Notes: generated by a model not told the origin, from the letters alone. 64,000 nt of DNA from Eledone cirrhosa (GCA_964016885.1 OZ024740.1:161510001-161574000), one strand, 5' to 3'; counted from the stretch's first letter, positions 1 to 12,340 are shown. Translations and numbers: made by a program.

Positions 1-3000
1 AAGCGCCCTCTCTCAAAAATTCTATCTCTCAAACTACAGACGTATATTCAGAGTGGTCCCGTTCACTCGGACCATTATTGCTACAATCACCCATCTTTCA
101 ACAAACTTGCTAGAAAGCAGCACTTGCCTCTCCACCCTGATTTTCCTCTTCAAGTGAAACTTGAAAAAGTTAATTAGGGATTCGCCGAAGAGGAAAGTAT
201 CTGTCTTTAACCCTTTCAACCTTGTCCACCACACAATCTCTTTCGCCATAGCCACCAGGCAGATGAAAACCGCCTACCCTTCCTCCTCGAAGGAAGACGG
301 CGAGACAATCTGCACAATGGACTCATTCGATAACCGAATCAGTCCCACACGCGACAGCAACTGTTCGACATAGCTCCACAAGTCAGCAATGTTCTGACAC
401 TGAACGAGTGCGTGCACGACGGTTTCGTCGCTCTGCGCGCATCTCGGACAGGCTCGGCTGACGGCACTTCCGTGCTTATCTCGAACCGGCAACGCTCCCC
501 GGTATCACTGCCAGGCCAGGGATTTTTGGAAGCTATCCATAGGCCCTGGGCTGAAAGTTCTCCGGAAGAGAGCAAACAGCTGATGTTCTTCGACGCCCAG
601 GATCTCTCCGAGAACGTCGCCTCTCTTCCTCTCCCCTAGTCCTCTATAGAACGCCGAGGTGGATGTTCCACCAATACTTGTGCCCAGCTGGCAGAGGGCA
701 GTGAGCGCCTGGAGACATTCCAGTTTCCAAGCGCTATCCCTCGGTCTTTTCCTGACCCAGGACTGCAGCTCCGTCAAGGAGACTAGCTGTGGGAAAACGT
801 GCCTGGCGAACGGCCACCACACCTGTTCACGTCAAGGAAGCACCAGAGATGTCGCAGCCTCAGCGCATGTTTGCGCATCATCAGCCATGGCATTCCCAGT
901 CCTCCACGCAACGGGCATTGACAGCAGATGGATCGTCTGACCATGGGAGCGCGTCCCTTCCCCAAAAAGCGGAAGCGGAGGCGCTCCATTTGGGTGAGAG
1001 TTGGGCCGGGGCAAGGGACGACGGTGAGGCGGAAGCAGATGACGGATGCGATGTACGCATTCGTCACCTCCGCCCGGCCTTTCAGGGACAGCTTCCTCTC
1101 GGCCCATTTCTGGGTGAGGGAGGCCACCCTGCTCGTCCCCTCGCTCCAGTTTTTCTCCATCTGGAGGTCCGGTCCGTACCAGACCCCGAGCAATTTAACC
1201 GGTCCGTCCGTCCAACGCCCCACGACGCTGTCGGACGGCATGGACTTGCCTCTCCAGGTGCCGAGCTGCAAGCCCACCGACTTTTCCTGGTTTATCTTTG
1301 CTCCTGTCACCACTTCGTATTCCTTGAGAGCGGTGCCGAGCATCTGGGCGTGTCTGGTGCTCGACACTACCACGGTGACGTCGTCGGCGTAAGCCGATTC
1401 GGATTTACCGCATCCTAGTTCGCGTGGGACGCCCCTCATCGCCCCCAGTTTGTGCAGTAACGGCTCGAGAACCAATACGTACAAGAGAGACGAAAGGGGA
1501 CAACCCTGGGGGACCGAGCGCATGATGCTGAACGGTTGCGACACGTGACCGTTAACCCTCACAACGGAGCAGATGTCGCTGTACATCGCAGCGATCCCTC
1601 CCCTGAAAACGGGCCCGAAACCGGCTGCCTCGAGGACCGCCGCCAGGTATCGATGGTCGACCCTATCGAATGCCTTGGTATTGATCCAAGTTGATCAGGG
1701 CCCCACTGGTGCCAGGTTCCTTAACCACCCTCTCTATGATGTATCACATGAGATGGGGGTTGTTGTGTATGGATGTGTCCGGAATGGCGCATGTCTGCGC
1801 CTCTCCCACCAGACCCTTGACGACAAGAGCCAACCTCGTTGCTAACACCTTGGCCAAAATCTTGAGCTCTGCGTTTAGCAGGGTTATGGGCCTGAAGTTA
1901 TCGATAACATCCCCCTTGTTCAGGTCTTTTCTCAGCAGCGCCACCGCTCCCCGGCTCACAATACTGGGTATGCTCCCGTTCTGCTGCCAGTTGCAGTAGA
2001 CGTCTGCCAAGAGGGCACCGAACAAGTCTGGCATAAATGCATAAAGCTCGTAGGGCAGACCATCCAAACCTGGCGATTTACCCCTCGTGCAGTTAGCCAT
2101 CGCTTCCCGTATTTCACCGGCTGTTATTAGCTTTTCGCAACACTGTGCTGCGGTCGTCGAGAGCCGAGGCAGTCCGTTGAGGTATGCACTGAAGTCCATG
2201 CCCCGATCCGGGCCGCCGCTGCTCCCGAACAGTTCAGCAAAGTGCTGCTGAAAAGCTTCAAACATCTGCTCGGGTTCGATCAACAAGCGCCCGTTTGGGT
2301 CAGACAAAGACGGAATTGTGGCTTTGTTGTCACGTCGCGCCTCTGCCACCCGGACCCATTGGACGGCTTTTGTCCCCTCGTGTTTCAGAGCACGCGCTCT
2401 AGCTCTGACAACGCAGCCTTCGTGTTTTGCGTTGAAGAATTGGTCGAGTGCCAATTTCACCGCAAGCACGTCGTCGGTTGCGATGCCTGTCCTAAACGCC
2501 CCTTATAGCTTTCTGACTAGCTCTCCCTCTACTCTATTTTCCTCTATCACTAGTCCTTTGCTAAACCTAATCGACTCTACTTTAATTGCCCTTTTCAGGG
2601 CGAACCACCACCTGTTGTTGACGACCGCTCCCGTCAACGCCCGATTAACTAATATGCTAATCCGGTCTCTGTAGGCTTTGCGCGCCGGGAAAGACGCGTT
2701 CAGCTTCCAGTAACGAGGCCCTTGTCTATGAAGATCACAAATTTGTGGTCTGTGTAGTCGACTATTTTAAATTGTGGACAACTTATACTAGCCATATCTA
2801 GTTCTCATCAGAATACCCTATAGAGATACGATCTGGATGACCCGATGCGGTTTGTCCATGTCCACATTGGCACATTCGGGTGATCCAGTCGATACCTGTC
2901 AGACAGTTCAAAACGTCTGAGCAGGTTGGTGAGGCTCTTGCACCCTCCTCCCCTATCCCCTATCCCCACACAATCCCAGCGTGCATCCAAGATACCGTTC

Positions 3001-3440
3001 CAGTCGTCCACTAACACTAAAGAGCGGGACGTTCCAAGAAAGGTCTCTAGACGTCTGAAGAAATCTGACCGTGCTGCCCCTGTTGGGGCGTAGACGGCTA
3101 CTAGCCTGAAAGCATTGCCTTCGCTGCCGGTCACGTCCAGCACCACTGACTTACCTTCTGGGTCTAGGAAGGTGGCCCGTATGGCGAGATCCAAGCATCT
3201 CCGAAAAAGGACGGCAACCCCTCCCCGCGATCCTGGACGGTTGGGAGATGCGTATACATCGTAGCCGCGAAGATCGGTACGAAGGCTTGTGCTTCGGAGA
3301 TTTGGTCTCACTGATGGCCACCACATCTATGTTTAGTGACTTGAGGTCATTGAGCAGGTGACCCTGCTTCTAAGATGACCCCAGGCATTTATACTGCCTA
3401 TTCTGAGTACGGCCAAGTTGGATGAGAAACAGGGCAAGTG
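1..3440 (-). pseudogene. Tx1-type ORF2 (APE endonuclease, reverse transcriptase, zf-RVT-like C-terminus) with multiple frameshifts and stops
   Basis: Segments 2808-3326 (EN), 1744-2469 and 783-1586 (RT, YADD), 505-822, 274-492 and 34-255. N-terminal IGSINAWG...DVVAISET is readable at about 3300-3410. Confidence 0.9.
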
Positions 3441-3448
3441 AGAAAGGG

Positions 3449-5530
3449 TCACTTACCCTGATCGTGTGGTGAAGGGAGAGTAGAACCGTCCCTTTGGCTG
3501 GTCATGGGTGTTTCCAAGAGGATATGAGTGTATATCCTCTTGGTAACCGACCCTCTGAAGTCTCCAACTGCGTTGGGGAATTTTTGTTTTAAAGGTTTGT
3601 ACTGTTCTATTGAGATTTCGATGATGCTTATGTTTATCGGGAGAGTTCTTGGTGTTGGTGAGGTGTAGTAGTTTTTTTCTGTGATGTCTGTGTGCTGCTT
3701 TATATATTGTATGAGTTCTTTATTTGCCATGTTTATGGATGTGTACTTTTGGGGGAGGGGGGATTTTGTTGCTGTTTTCTTCTTGTTGCTGTTTGGTGTG
3801 TGTGTTTTGTTTTGTTTGCGTTTTTGGTGTTTTTGGTGATGCTGGTGCTGGTGTGGTTGTTGTTGGCGGTGGTGCTTGTGGTGATGATGGTGATGTTGGT
3901 GGTGTTGCTGCTAGTTTCCTTGCTGCCTGTACCCCTCTTTGTGTGCCTTCGCTTTTGGAGGGTGAATCTAAAGGGTTTTTTTTTCTTTTTTCTTTTTTTT
4001 GGCAGACCGTTTTCCACTTCACTCCCGCCTCAAACCCCATGTCGGATTCCGTGGCGTCTGGGAGGGGTATGTGCTCCACGGCTGTTGGCGGTGGTAGTGA
4101 AGCCCTCTTCGACAATTTTGTTGCTGGTGTAGCTACTTCAAATGTAGCTATTGGTGTTGCCGCCACTGATGCTGCTGCTTTAGTTGTCCGTGGCCTTGGT
4201 ACGGGTGCCACGGACGTTGCCCTCCTACTCACCGTGGAAGGAGCTTCTGCGTTTGTTTCCTGCCCTGCTCTTGGTAGCAGCGGACCAGGTATTGGAAGGA
4301 GAGGGGCCTTCTTATTCGCTGTCTTCTGCGGGCAAAAGGCCCTGAGGTGACCCTTCGACCCACAGAGATAACATTTTGGCCGTCTTCCTTCTACGCTTAT
4401 AGTAAGTTGGAGTCCTTCCTCGATGTATATGATATCGGTGATAGCGTCGATACATTCCTGGTCAGTTTGTATAAGCATTTGCATGCCTATACCTGACCAG
4501 TTCTCTCTCCCTATTTTCTCTACTTGCAGCATGGTCGTCCTGTCCTCGATTCCAGCAAGGACAGACGCGGCCAGCCAAAGTATGGGCACGTCGGGTGGGA
4601 CCTGGGTCACTTTGACCCTCACAATTTTCAGTAGGAGGGCACCAAGACTATCTCCTCACTATTTAGGGTTTCCAAAGAGTGCGACTTTGCTTCCTGGGGG
4701 TTGGCGAAAAGTACGTCTACTGTGGCGTACTTTCTGCCTCGGGTGATGTGGATTTTGCGTGCCCAGACGCACCGCAAGGCCTTTTGGATTTGAGCCTCCG
4801 TGGCTCTCTCCATCCGATGTGAGATTTTGCTTACGGTGCGATAAGTCACCATCCGTAGCTGCTGGTCCTTGAAAAAATCGGGTGGAGGTTTCAGGGAGAC
4901 TCTATTGGAGCTTCTTGTCACCATGGCCCTTGCGACTGCCATCTCCTCCTCTGTGACTAACACTGTCTCGATATTTCGGGCGACACCTGCAATAGAAGTG
5001 GTCCCTTTTTCAGCAGCACCACTATTACTGCCACTACTGGTCTTGCTGGTGGTGCTGAGATCGCTGTTACAGGTATCGATGTCATTGTTGATGTTTTCGT
5101 TGGTACAGTTGTTGGTGTTGTTGTTGTTGTTTTGGTTGATACTGTTGCTGTTGTTACTGTTATTGTGGCTGTTGTTATTATTGTTGTTTTTGTTGATACT
5201 GTTCCTACTATTATTGTTGTGGCTGTTGTTATTGTCATTGTTTTTGTCGTTCTCGACCTTACCGCTGTTATTTTTGTTATTGTCGTTCTCGACGTTACCG
5301 CTGTTATTTTTGTTGTTGCTGTTGTTATTGATGGTGTTGTTGTTGGTGTTGTTGTTGGCGTTATTGTTGGTGTTGTTTGTGTTAGAAATATTTGGTAATT
5401 TTAAATCTGTAACAATCTTCTTATACTTTGTAATATTTTCGTTTATATTTACCTCTGCTGGAACGCTGTCTTGTTGACATGCTGAGAAAGTCTCCCTCTC
5501 TCTGTGTGTTGTCTTTCTTGTGTTATCCAT
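3449..5530 (-). pseudogene. Tx1-type ORF1 (gag-like: Asn-rich N-terminus, zinc knuckle, Pro/Thr-rich tail), frameshifted
   Basis: ORF-track segments 4628-5530, 3720-4622 and 3449-3730 lie in different frames; CCHC knuckle present; position is upstream of the APE-RT ORF. Confidence 0.8.
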
Positions 5531-5720
5531 GTTGAAATTTTTTTTTTTTTTATATTTTTACACAAATACAACACCCCGTAAAGGGGTGCCGTTTTATTTA
5601 CGAGTTGACCCCTGTATTAGGTGGGTCACTTCTTCTAAACTTGAATAAAAGGTTTAGAACTGTTGAAAACGAGGTAAAACGTTGGAAAAAACTGGAGGCG
5701 ATAAGAAGCGTGGTTTCACC

Positions 5721-5726
5721 AACAAC

Positions 5727-5776
<50 letters not shown>

Positions 5777-6207
5777 ACTATTAATAATTATTGATTAATG
5801 CAATCGTGCAATACCGATGTGTAAAGAATATTTTTAAAGTGAGGAAAGACTGTGCACTGAGCCAATCCCACTTTCTGAGCGACAGTAGCTATATAACCCG
5901 AAAAGAAGAAAAGATCAACATCATCGGTAACTACTGAGCCGCAGGTTTTATGTCGGAGTTAACCCAGTTTCCGGAGATGCCTTCTCCTAAAAGAATGCCC
6001 TGACAAGGGCTAGGGGTTATTCACTCCCAGTGGTTTAACTGCGCGATCGGGTATCCAGCCCGACTATTTCTGTCCCCACGCATTAAAAAAAACAACTCAC
6101 TATTGACACTCATACGAACGACATACACACAAGCACACACATACAGACATACGCGCGCACACACCAACACTCATGCATACAAACAAACACGCACACGCTA
6201 CTCACTT

Positions 6208-6225
<18 letters not shown>
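5721..6225 (-). mobile_element. 5' UTR of a second RTE copy, interrupted at its (TTA)n tract by the Tx1 element
   Basis: Aligns by eye along its length with 11820-12325, the sequence upstream of the intact RTE ORF. Confidence 0.8.
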
Positions 6226-6282
<57 letters not shown>

Positions 6283-6307
6283 TGTAATAAACAACATAAG
6301 ATAATTA

Positions 6308-6368
6308 TTTCATTTACCAGTGGTTTCTTGAAAGCAAACAAAATTTGTTTTCAGTCATCAGAATGAAA
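6308..6368 (-). ncRNA. Type I hammerhead ribozyme in a PLE pLTR-like repeat (inverted copy of the 19104 motif)
   Basis: Reverse complement reads TTTCATT-CTGATGA-stem II (TGAAAACAAA/TTTGCTTTCA)-GAAA-CC ACT GG-TA-AATGAAA; 7-bp stem I. Confidence 0.8.
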
Positions 6369-6587
6369 AAATCCTGGTGTATTTATTGACAGTGGATTTT
6401 AAAAACAAAAATATAATCTATATGAAAGTGAGGGTGGAAAAGGAAGAAGGAAAGGAAAAAGAATAAATATTAAAGTAGATAAACACACGTGCACACACAC
6501 ACATACACACACACACACACACACATATACATACACACAATATATACATATATATATATATACATACACACATATATAAACATACAC

Positions 6588-7466
6588 ATCTTACCAGAAG
6601 CCTGACATTATTTATGTAAGCGGACGGTACTTGATTTAGGAGCCGTGGAAACCCATATACTGGATTTTACCAACCTTCCAGGGGTCCGGGTAAATTTTCA
6701 ATACCCGAATTACTTGATTGTTTTTTGGCTATGCGAATGATTGTTTAACCATCGTCTCAGTGTGTTTGGCCTTTAACGTTTGTTATAGCTCTGGTTCATC
6801 TGAATCATTGAGCACTTGCCGCACATCTCGGAGGTTGTTTTTCGTTATTTCGTGGGCCGAAATGCGAATCTCGATAATTTATGTTTGTATTATTCTCCCG
6901 ACTCTAGCTATTAACCAGTTAATTTTCTTGATTTGTTAGTTGATTCTATTGACTGGTGAATAGCTTAGGTTAATTTTAACCTTTCTGTTGAGAACTCTAT
7001 TCGATTTGTGATGTTTATGCATTCTTGCAAAAACATACACAACTGAATTCATTTGCCTGATTTAGGGGTTGCCTCCCTTGCCGATCCCCGCGTGGGGTCA
7101 GCAATAGTCAGTCCTTGTATTAAAATTGAACTAAAACCTGTTGAGAAAGTGGCTTCCTTGTTCAATCATCTTACCAGAAGCCTGACATTATTTATGTAAG
7201 CGGACGGTACTTGATTTAAAAGCCGCGGAAACCCATATACTGGATTTTACCAACCTTCCAGGGGTCCGGGTAAATTTTCAGTACCCGAATTACTTGATTG
7301 TTTTTTGGCTATGCGAATGATTGTTTAACCATCGTCTCAGTGTGTTTGGCCTTTAACGTTTGTTATAGCTCTGGTTCATCTGAATCATTGAGCACTTGCT
7401 GCACATCTCGGAGGTTGTTTTTCGTTATTTCGTGTGACGAAATGCGAATCTCGATAATTTATGTTT

Positions 7467-7470
<4 letters not shown>
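6588..7470. repeat. Partial tandem duplication with a 580-bp period (6588-6895 matches 7168-7470)
   Basis: Near-identical ATCTTACCAGAAGCC...CGATAATTTATGTTTGT blocks; the ORF track shows the duplicated peptide at 6718 and 7298. Confidence 0.85.
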
Positions 7471-7541
<71 letters not shown>

Positions 7542-7745
7542 AAAATACATAAATATTATATATATATAAAAATAAAAGGGTGGAAGGGGTAAACAAATAG
7601 TTGGGAATACGACAAATAATAAATAAATAAATAAATAGATAAAGGTATAAATGTTTATAGCTGATTTAGAGCACTCAACAAGTTCTTGGAGCAAATAATC
7701 AATGAAAATAAACATTAAATCGCTCTGTATGTATTATGCATATAC

Positions 7746-7833
7746 ATGATGGCTGCCCCCTCGTTATCGAGTATGGCCATTGCACAATAAAAAAAAATAA
7801 ATAAATAAATAAATAAATTTAAAAAAAAAAAAA

Positions 7834-7887
<54 letters not shown>

Positions 7888-8064
7888 AAAAAAAAAAAAA
7901 AAAAAGGGAAAAGATATATATATATATATATACACACATATATATACACACATATATATATACACATATATATACACACACACATACATACACATACATA
8001 CATATATACACACACACATACATACACATACACTCACACATATATACACACATACATTAATAAC

Positions 8065-8124
<60 letters not shown>

Positions 8125-8186
8125 GACAACAACAATAATAATATACATATTCATATATATATACACACACACGCACGCACATAAGC

Positions 8187-8224
<38 letters not shown>

Positions 8225-11200
8225 GATAGCAACTAACAGTGCTGCGATCGAATGTGGCTTTTTAGCCCAGCCAATGATCTAAAATGTCTTGCACAGAGTC
8301 GGCAACCAAAACATTTACTGGGAATAGTCGGCTGTGGTTGGAGTTCGTGTACTTTTGCATGTCGCTTGAGTCCTCCTGCTGATTTACATTCTCTACCACA
8401 TGTTTGGCAAGCATGATGAGTAGCATCTCCAACAGCAGCCTGGTAGTCAACCACTGGTCTTACTTTATGACTGCGAAGATGACTTTCGAGTCCAGCTTTG
8501 CTTAGGCAGAGTCTCGCACAGACGCTGCATGTCAGAAACATAGGAGGACCCTCGCCGTCTGGAAGTGCAACAGCAATACCCTTCCTCACGTCCCGCTTTA
8601 CTTTCTCGTGTGCGATTCGAGATGCCTCAAAGGCAACTTTTCCCTCATATACAGTCTTTCTCCATTTATTACGATCAGCAGCAATATTTTCCCATGTATC
8701 AGCAGAGATGTTAGCGTCTTTCAGAGAGGCCTTCAAGGAATCCTTATACCTCTTTTTTGGTTTATGTGGCGGTCGTTTTCCTTTAACCAACTCTCCATAG
8801 AAGAGTTGTTTTGGTATTCTAGAATCCTTCATCCTGGCAAGGTGACCACTCCAACGGAGTCGCTGCTTAAGCACAAGAGCTTCTATACTGTCACACATAG
8901 AGCTTTCCAAAATCTCGACATCACTGATGTGGTCCCTCCAGTGAACGCCATGTATCCGTCTGAGACACATCTGATGGAAACGCTCCAATTGCTTAAGGTG
9001 GCGTCGATATGTGACCCAGGTCTCGCAGGCATAAAGAAGACAAGAGAGTACACATGCCCTGTACACCCTTACCTTTGTCCTCCTGCATATGTCTCGCCGA
9101 CCCCAGAGTCGCCTTTCTAGCTTTCCGAAAGCATCACTTGCTTTCCTAATCCTAAGTGAGATTTCACTGTCAAGGTTGCCGTATCGATTGACAGTGCTTC
9201 CCAGGTAGACAAACTGATCAACCACTCCAAGTCGTTTGCCATACACATAGATGTTTGGTTCAGTGTACTGCCTACCAGGTGCAGGTTGGTACATGACGAC
9301 GGTTTTCTTGAGACTGACAGTCAAACCCAGGGCAGTGCAAGCGTCAGAAAATACATTCAAAATGTGCTGCATATCACTCTCTGTGTGCGCTACAAGATCG
9401 CAATCATCTGCATACAAGAGGTCTCTTATGACTGATGTAAATACTTTTGTCTTCGCAGCAAAGCGCCTGATGTTAAATATGCTGCCTGAGGTTCGATATC
9501 GGATGTAAACACCATGCTCGCAATTCCTGAATGCAACACAGAAAACCATTGCAAAGTATATGGCAAACAGGGTCGGTGCTGGAATATCCCCCTGTTTCAC
9601 TCCATTTTTTACTGAGATAGGCTCCGACATGTTACCTCCGACATTAACCCAAGCCTTCATGTCGTCATGGAAAGACCTAACTAAAGCAAGGAACTTATCA
9701 GGGCAACCAAGTTTCTGGAGAACCTTCCATAATGCATCTCTGTTGACAGTATCGAAAGCCTTTGTCAGATCGACAAAAACCTGATACAGATCCAAGCCCT
9801 GTTCAATGCACTTCTCCTGGAGCTGTCTAGCTGAGAAGATCATATCAGTAGTGCCGCGTCCAACACGAAAACCAGATTGACTTTCAGGAAGGACACAATC
9901 TGCAATGTGTGTCAGCAGACGGTCCAGAAGCACCCTACATAAAACTTTCCCCACGACAGAAAGCAATGATATACCTCTGTAGTTCCCACAATCATTCCTG
10001 TTACCCTTTCCCTTGTACAAGACCACCATTACTGCATCTCTCCAGTCCTCAGGCACGGATTCATTAGCCCATATCCTTCCAAACAGAGAGTGAAGATGTT
10101 GCAGGAGTCTCTCACCACCATATTGTAGGAGCTCAGCATGTATGCCATCCATACCTGGAGATCTTCCACTGTTCAGCTTCGAAATAGCCACTGCAACCTC
10201 CACAAGTGTCGGAGGTTCTGCGAGAGCTACTTTCACAGGACTTTCCGGAATGAGATTGAGGAAATCTTCACTGACGACAGACGGCTGATTCAAAAGATCA
10301 TCAAAGTGCTCTCGCCACCTTCGTAGAATTCCCTGTGAGTCACGAAGAAGTTCTTTGCCATCCTTGCTGCGAATCGGTGTCACCAGAGAAGAAGACGGTC
10401 CATAAACCTCACGCAAGAGACTGTACAACAGCTTTGTGTTATTGCAATCAGACGCAGTTTGTATCTCACCAGCCTTCTCACTCCACCACTGATCCTTCAT
10501 CTGAGAAAGACTCCGCCTAACACGTGATTTTACATCCCTGAGCTCCTCATGCAACGTATTCCTCTCCTGTGGTTTTGCCGTCAAGTAGCGTGACAGAGCG
10601 CGCCTCTTATCAGCCAACAAGTCATCTATATGCACATCTTTCTCATTAAACCAGTCCTGATGTTTTCTCTGCACCAATCCCAGAACACGTCTGCCTACAT
10701 CATAAACCGACTTTTTAAGGGTCGGCCAATCCTCACCAAGATCTGCAGCCTGCATCTCTTCTTCCAATGTCCTCTTCACATTTTTATCCTTAAGACGAGC
10801 AGCATTCAATCTTTTGGGCAGGGTAACACCAGGAGCCCGGATTTTACGTTTGGTGATTAGATTCACTTTTGCGCGTACCAGGCGGTGGTCCGTCCAGCAC
10901 TCAGCTCCACGAAGAACACGAACACACTGCACATCCCGTCTGTCACGCATCCTGACTAGGACGTAGTCCAAAAGATGCCATTCCTTAGATGCAGGATGCA
11001 TCCATGTGGTCTTGAATTTGTTCTTTTGTTGGAACATGGTGTTGGTAACACACAGATCCAGCTCCTCACACATCTGCAGCAAGAGCATACCATTGCTGTT
11101 ACACTTTCCCACCCCATGCCTTCCGATTACATTCCATGTGTTAAAATCCCTACCCACTCTAGCATTAAAGTCACCAAGCACGATGACTTTGTCTGCCTGA

Positions 11201-11786
11201 GGGATATTTCTTAAAACACCTTTCAAGGCATGGTAAAAGGACAGTTTTTCTTCATCGACAGAATTCATAGTTGGAGCATACACACTCACCAGGGTAGCAT
11301 ATCTTCCCTTGTCCAGCGGAACTCTCATGGACATAAGACGCTCACTAATCCCCACTGGGAATTCTTCCAATTTATTCACCAGTACAGTCTTAACAGCAAA
11401 TCCCACCCCAGCCTCTCTTCTGGTTCCTTCATCTCTTCCTTTCCAGAAGAATGTATATTCTCCACAAAATTCCGTAAGATGACCATCTCCAGCTAACCTC
11501 GTCTCAGACAAAGCCACGATGTCAAGATTGTAACGTCGAAGCTCCTTCGCAACAAGAGCGGTCCTTCGTTCAGGACGCTCCAAAGAATCCCTGTCAAGCA
11601 GCGTCCGTACGTTCCAGCAGCCAAGACTAAATGCCCTGTTTGGCTCTATTACAATGGCACGATGACGGGCGGGCCCAGGTTGTGATAACTTGGGGCCCCT
11701 GCCCTTATTGCCAATGATCTTTTTTGTTCCAGAACCCAAATTGGCAATTATCTCGTTTACATTGTTCTGGAACATCATTGAATTGG

Positions 11787-11821
<35 letters not shown>

Positions 11822-11826
11822 TAATA

Positions 11827-11861
<35 letters not shown>

Positions 11862-12162
11862 ACACTATTAATAATTATTAATGCACTCGTGCAATGCCTG
11901 TGCGTGACGAATATTTTTAAAGTGAGGAAAGACTGTGCACTGAACCAATCCCACTCTCTGAGCGACAGTAGCTATAACCCGAAAAGAAGAAAAGATCAAC
12001 ATCATCGGTAACTACTGAGCCGCAGGTTTTATATCGGAGTTAACCCAGTTTCCTGAGATGCCTTCTCCTAGAAGAATACCCTGACATGGGCTAGGGGTTC
12101 TTCACTCCCAGTGGTTTAACTGCGCGATCGGGCATCCAGCCCGATTATTTCTATGTCCCCGC

Positions 12163-12199
<37 letters not shown>

Positions 12200-12325
12200 A
12201 CTTATTGACACTTATACGTACGACATACACACACACGCATACATACGCGTGCACACAGCAACACCCACACACACAACAAACACACACACACGCTACTCTA
12301 CTCACTTACACGCACACACACACAT
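7746..12325 (-). mobile_element. Full-length RTE-clade LINE with microsatellite-rich UTRs
   Basis: Single intact ORF. The 3' terminal motif TGCAATGGCCATACTCGATAACGAGGGGGCAGCCATCAT (7746-7785) and the 5' UTR (11860-12325) are both shared with the deletion derivative at 42260-42590. Confidence 0.88.
8233..11778 (-). CDS. RTE LINE polyprotein: APE endonuclease, reverse transcriptase and three C-terminal C2H2 zinc fingers (1181 aa)
   Basis: Uninterrupted ORF with GCWNVRTL, VALSETR, SVYAPT, LGDFNARVG, LDYVL, TDH, YRGISLL, FVDLTKAFDTV, GVKQGD, LLYADD, RLRWSGH and three fingers CSVC..H..H, CQTC..H..H, CRLC..H...H. Confidence 0.96.
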   Translation of the reverse strand: MMFQNNVNEIIANLGSGTKKIIGNKGRGPKLSQPGPARHRAIVIEPNRAFSLGCWNVRTLLDRDSLERPERRTALVAKELRRYNLDIVALSETRLAGDGHLTEFCGEYTFFWKGRDEGTRREAGVGFAVKTVLVNKLEEFPVGISERLMSMRVPLDKGRYATLVSVYAPTMNSVDEEKLSFYHALKGVLRNIPQADKVIVLGDFNARVGRDFNTWNVIGRHGVGKCNSNGMLLLQMCEELDLCVTNTMFQQKNKFKTTWMHPASKEWHLLDYVLVRMRDRRDVQCVRVLRGAECWTDHRLVRAKVNLITKRKIRAPGVTLPKRLNAARLKDKNVKRTLEEEMQAADLGEDWPTLKKSVYDVGRRVLGLVQRKHQDWFNEKDVHIDDLLADKRRALSRYLTAKPQERNTLHEELRDVKSRVRRSLSQMKDQWWSEKAGEIQTASDCNNTKLLYSLLREVYGPSSSLVTPIRSKDGKELLRDSQGILRRWREHFDDLLNQPSVVSEDFLNLIPESPVKVALAEPPTLVEVAVAISKLNSGRSPGMDGIHAELLQYGGERLLQHLHSLFGRIWANESVPEDWRDAVMVVLYKGKGNRNDCGNYRGISLLSVVGKVLCRVLLDRLLTHIADCVLPESQSGFRVGRGTTDMIFSARQLQEKCIEQGLDLYQVFVDLTKAFDTVNRDALWKVLQKLGCPDKFLALVRSFHDDMKAWVNVGGNMSEPISVKNGVKQGDIPAPTLFAIYFAMVFCVAFRNCEHGVYIRYRTSGSIFNIRRFAAKTKVFTSVIRDLLYADDCDLVAHTESDMQHILNVFSDACTALGLTVSLKKTVVMYQPAPGRQYTEPNIYVYGKRLGVVDQFVYLGSTVNRYGNLDSEISLRIRKASDAFGKLERRLWGRRDICRRTKVRVYRACVLSCLLYACETWVTYRRHLKQLERFHQMCLRRIHGVHWRDHISDVEILESSMCDSIEALVLKQRLRWSGHLARMKDSRIPKQLFYGELVKGKRPPHKPKKRYKDSLKASLKDANISADTWENIAADRNKWRKTVYEGKVAFEASRIAHEKVKRDVRKGIAVALPDGEGPPMFLTCSVCARLCLSKAGLESHLRSHKVRPVVDYQAAVGDATHHACQTCGRECKSAGGLKRHAKVHELQPQPTIPSKCFGCRLCARHFRSLAGLKSHIRSQHC

Positions 12326-12340
12326 ATATATATATATATA

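Larger units (their letters stand above)
1..5720 (-). mobile_element. Decayed two-ORF non-LTR retrotransposon, L1/Tx1 clade; 3' end runs off the window
   Basis: ORF1 pieces carry a CX2CX4HX4C knuckle (CYLCGSKGHLRAFC). ORF2 pieces carry APE motifs (VAVYAPT, DDWNG), RT motifs (KSPGLDGLPYE, FRPITLLN, QGCPLSSLLY, AYADD), GGLGMP and a C-terminal CPRC...ETVVHALVQC. The 5' end abuts (AAC)2(AAT)n at about 5720. Confidence 0.92.

Noticed and set aside
789-5477. Plus-strand ORFs overlapping the Tx1 element, such as the Leu-rich 4869-5477
   Set aside because: Antisense shadows of GC-rich or triplet-repeat coding sequence; no motifs.
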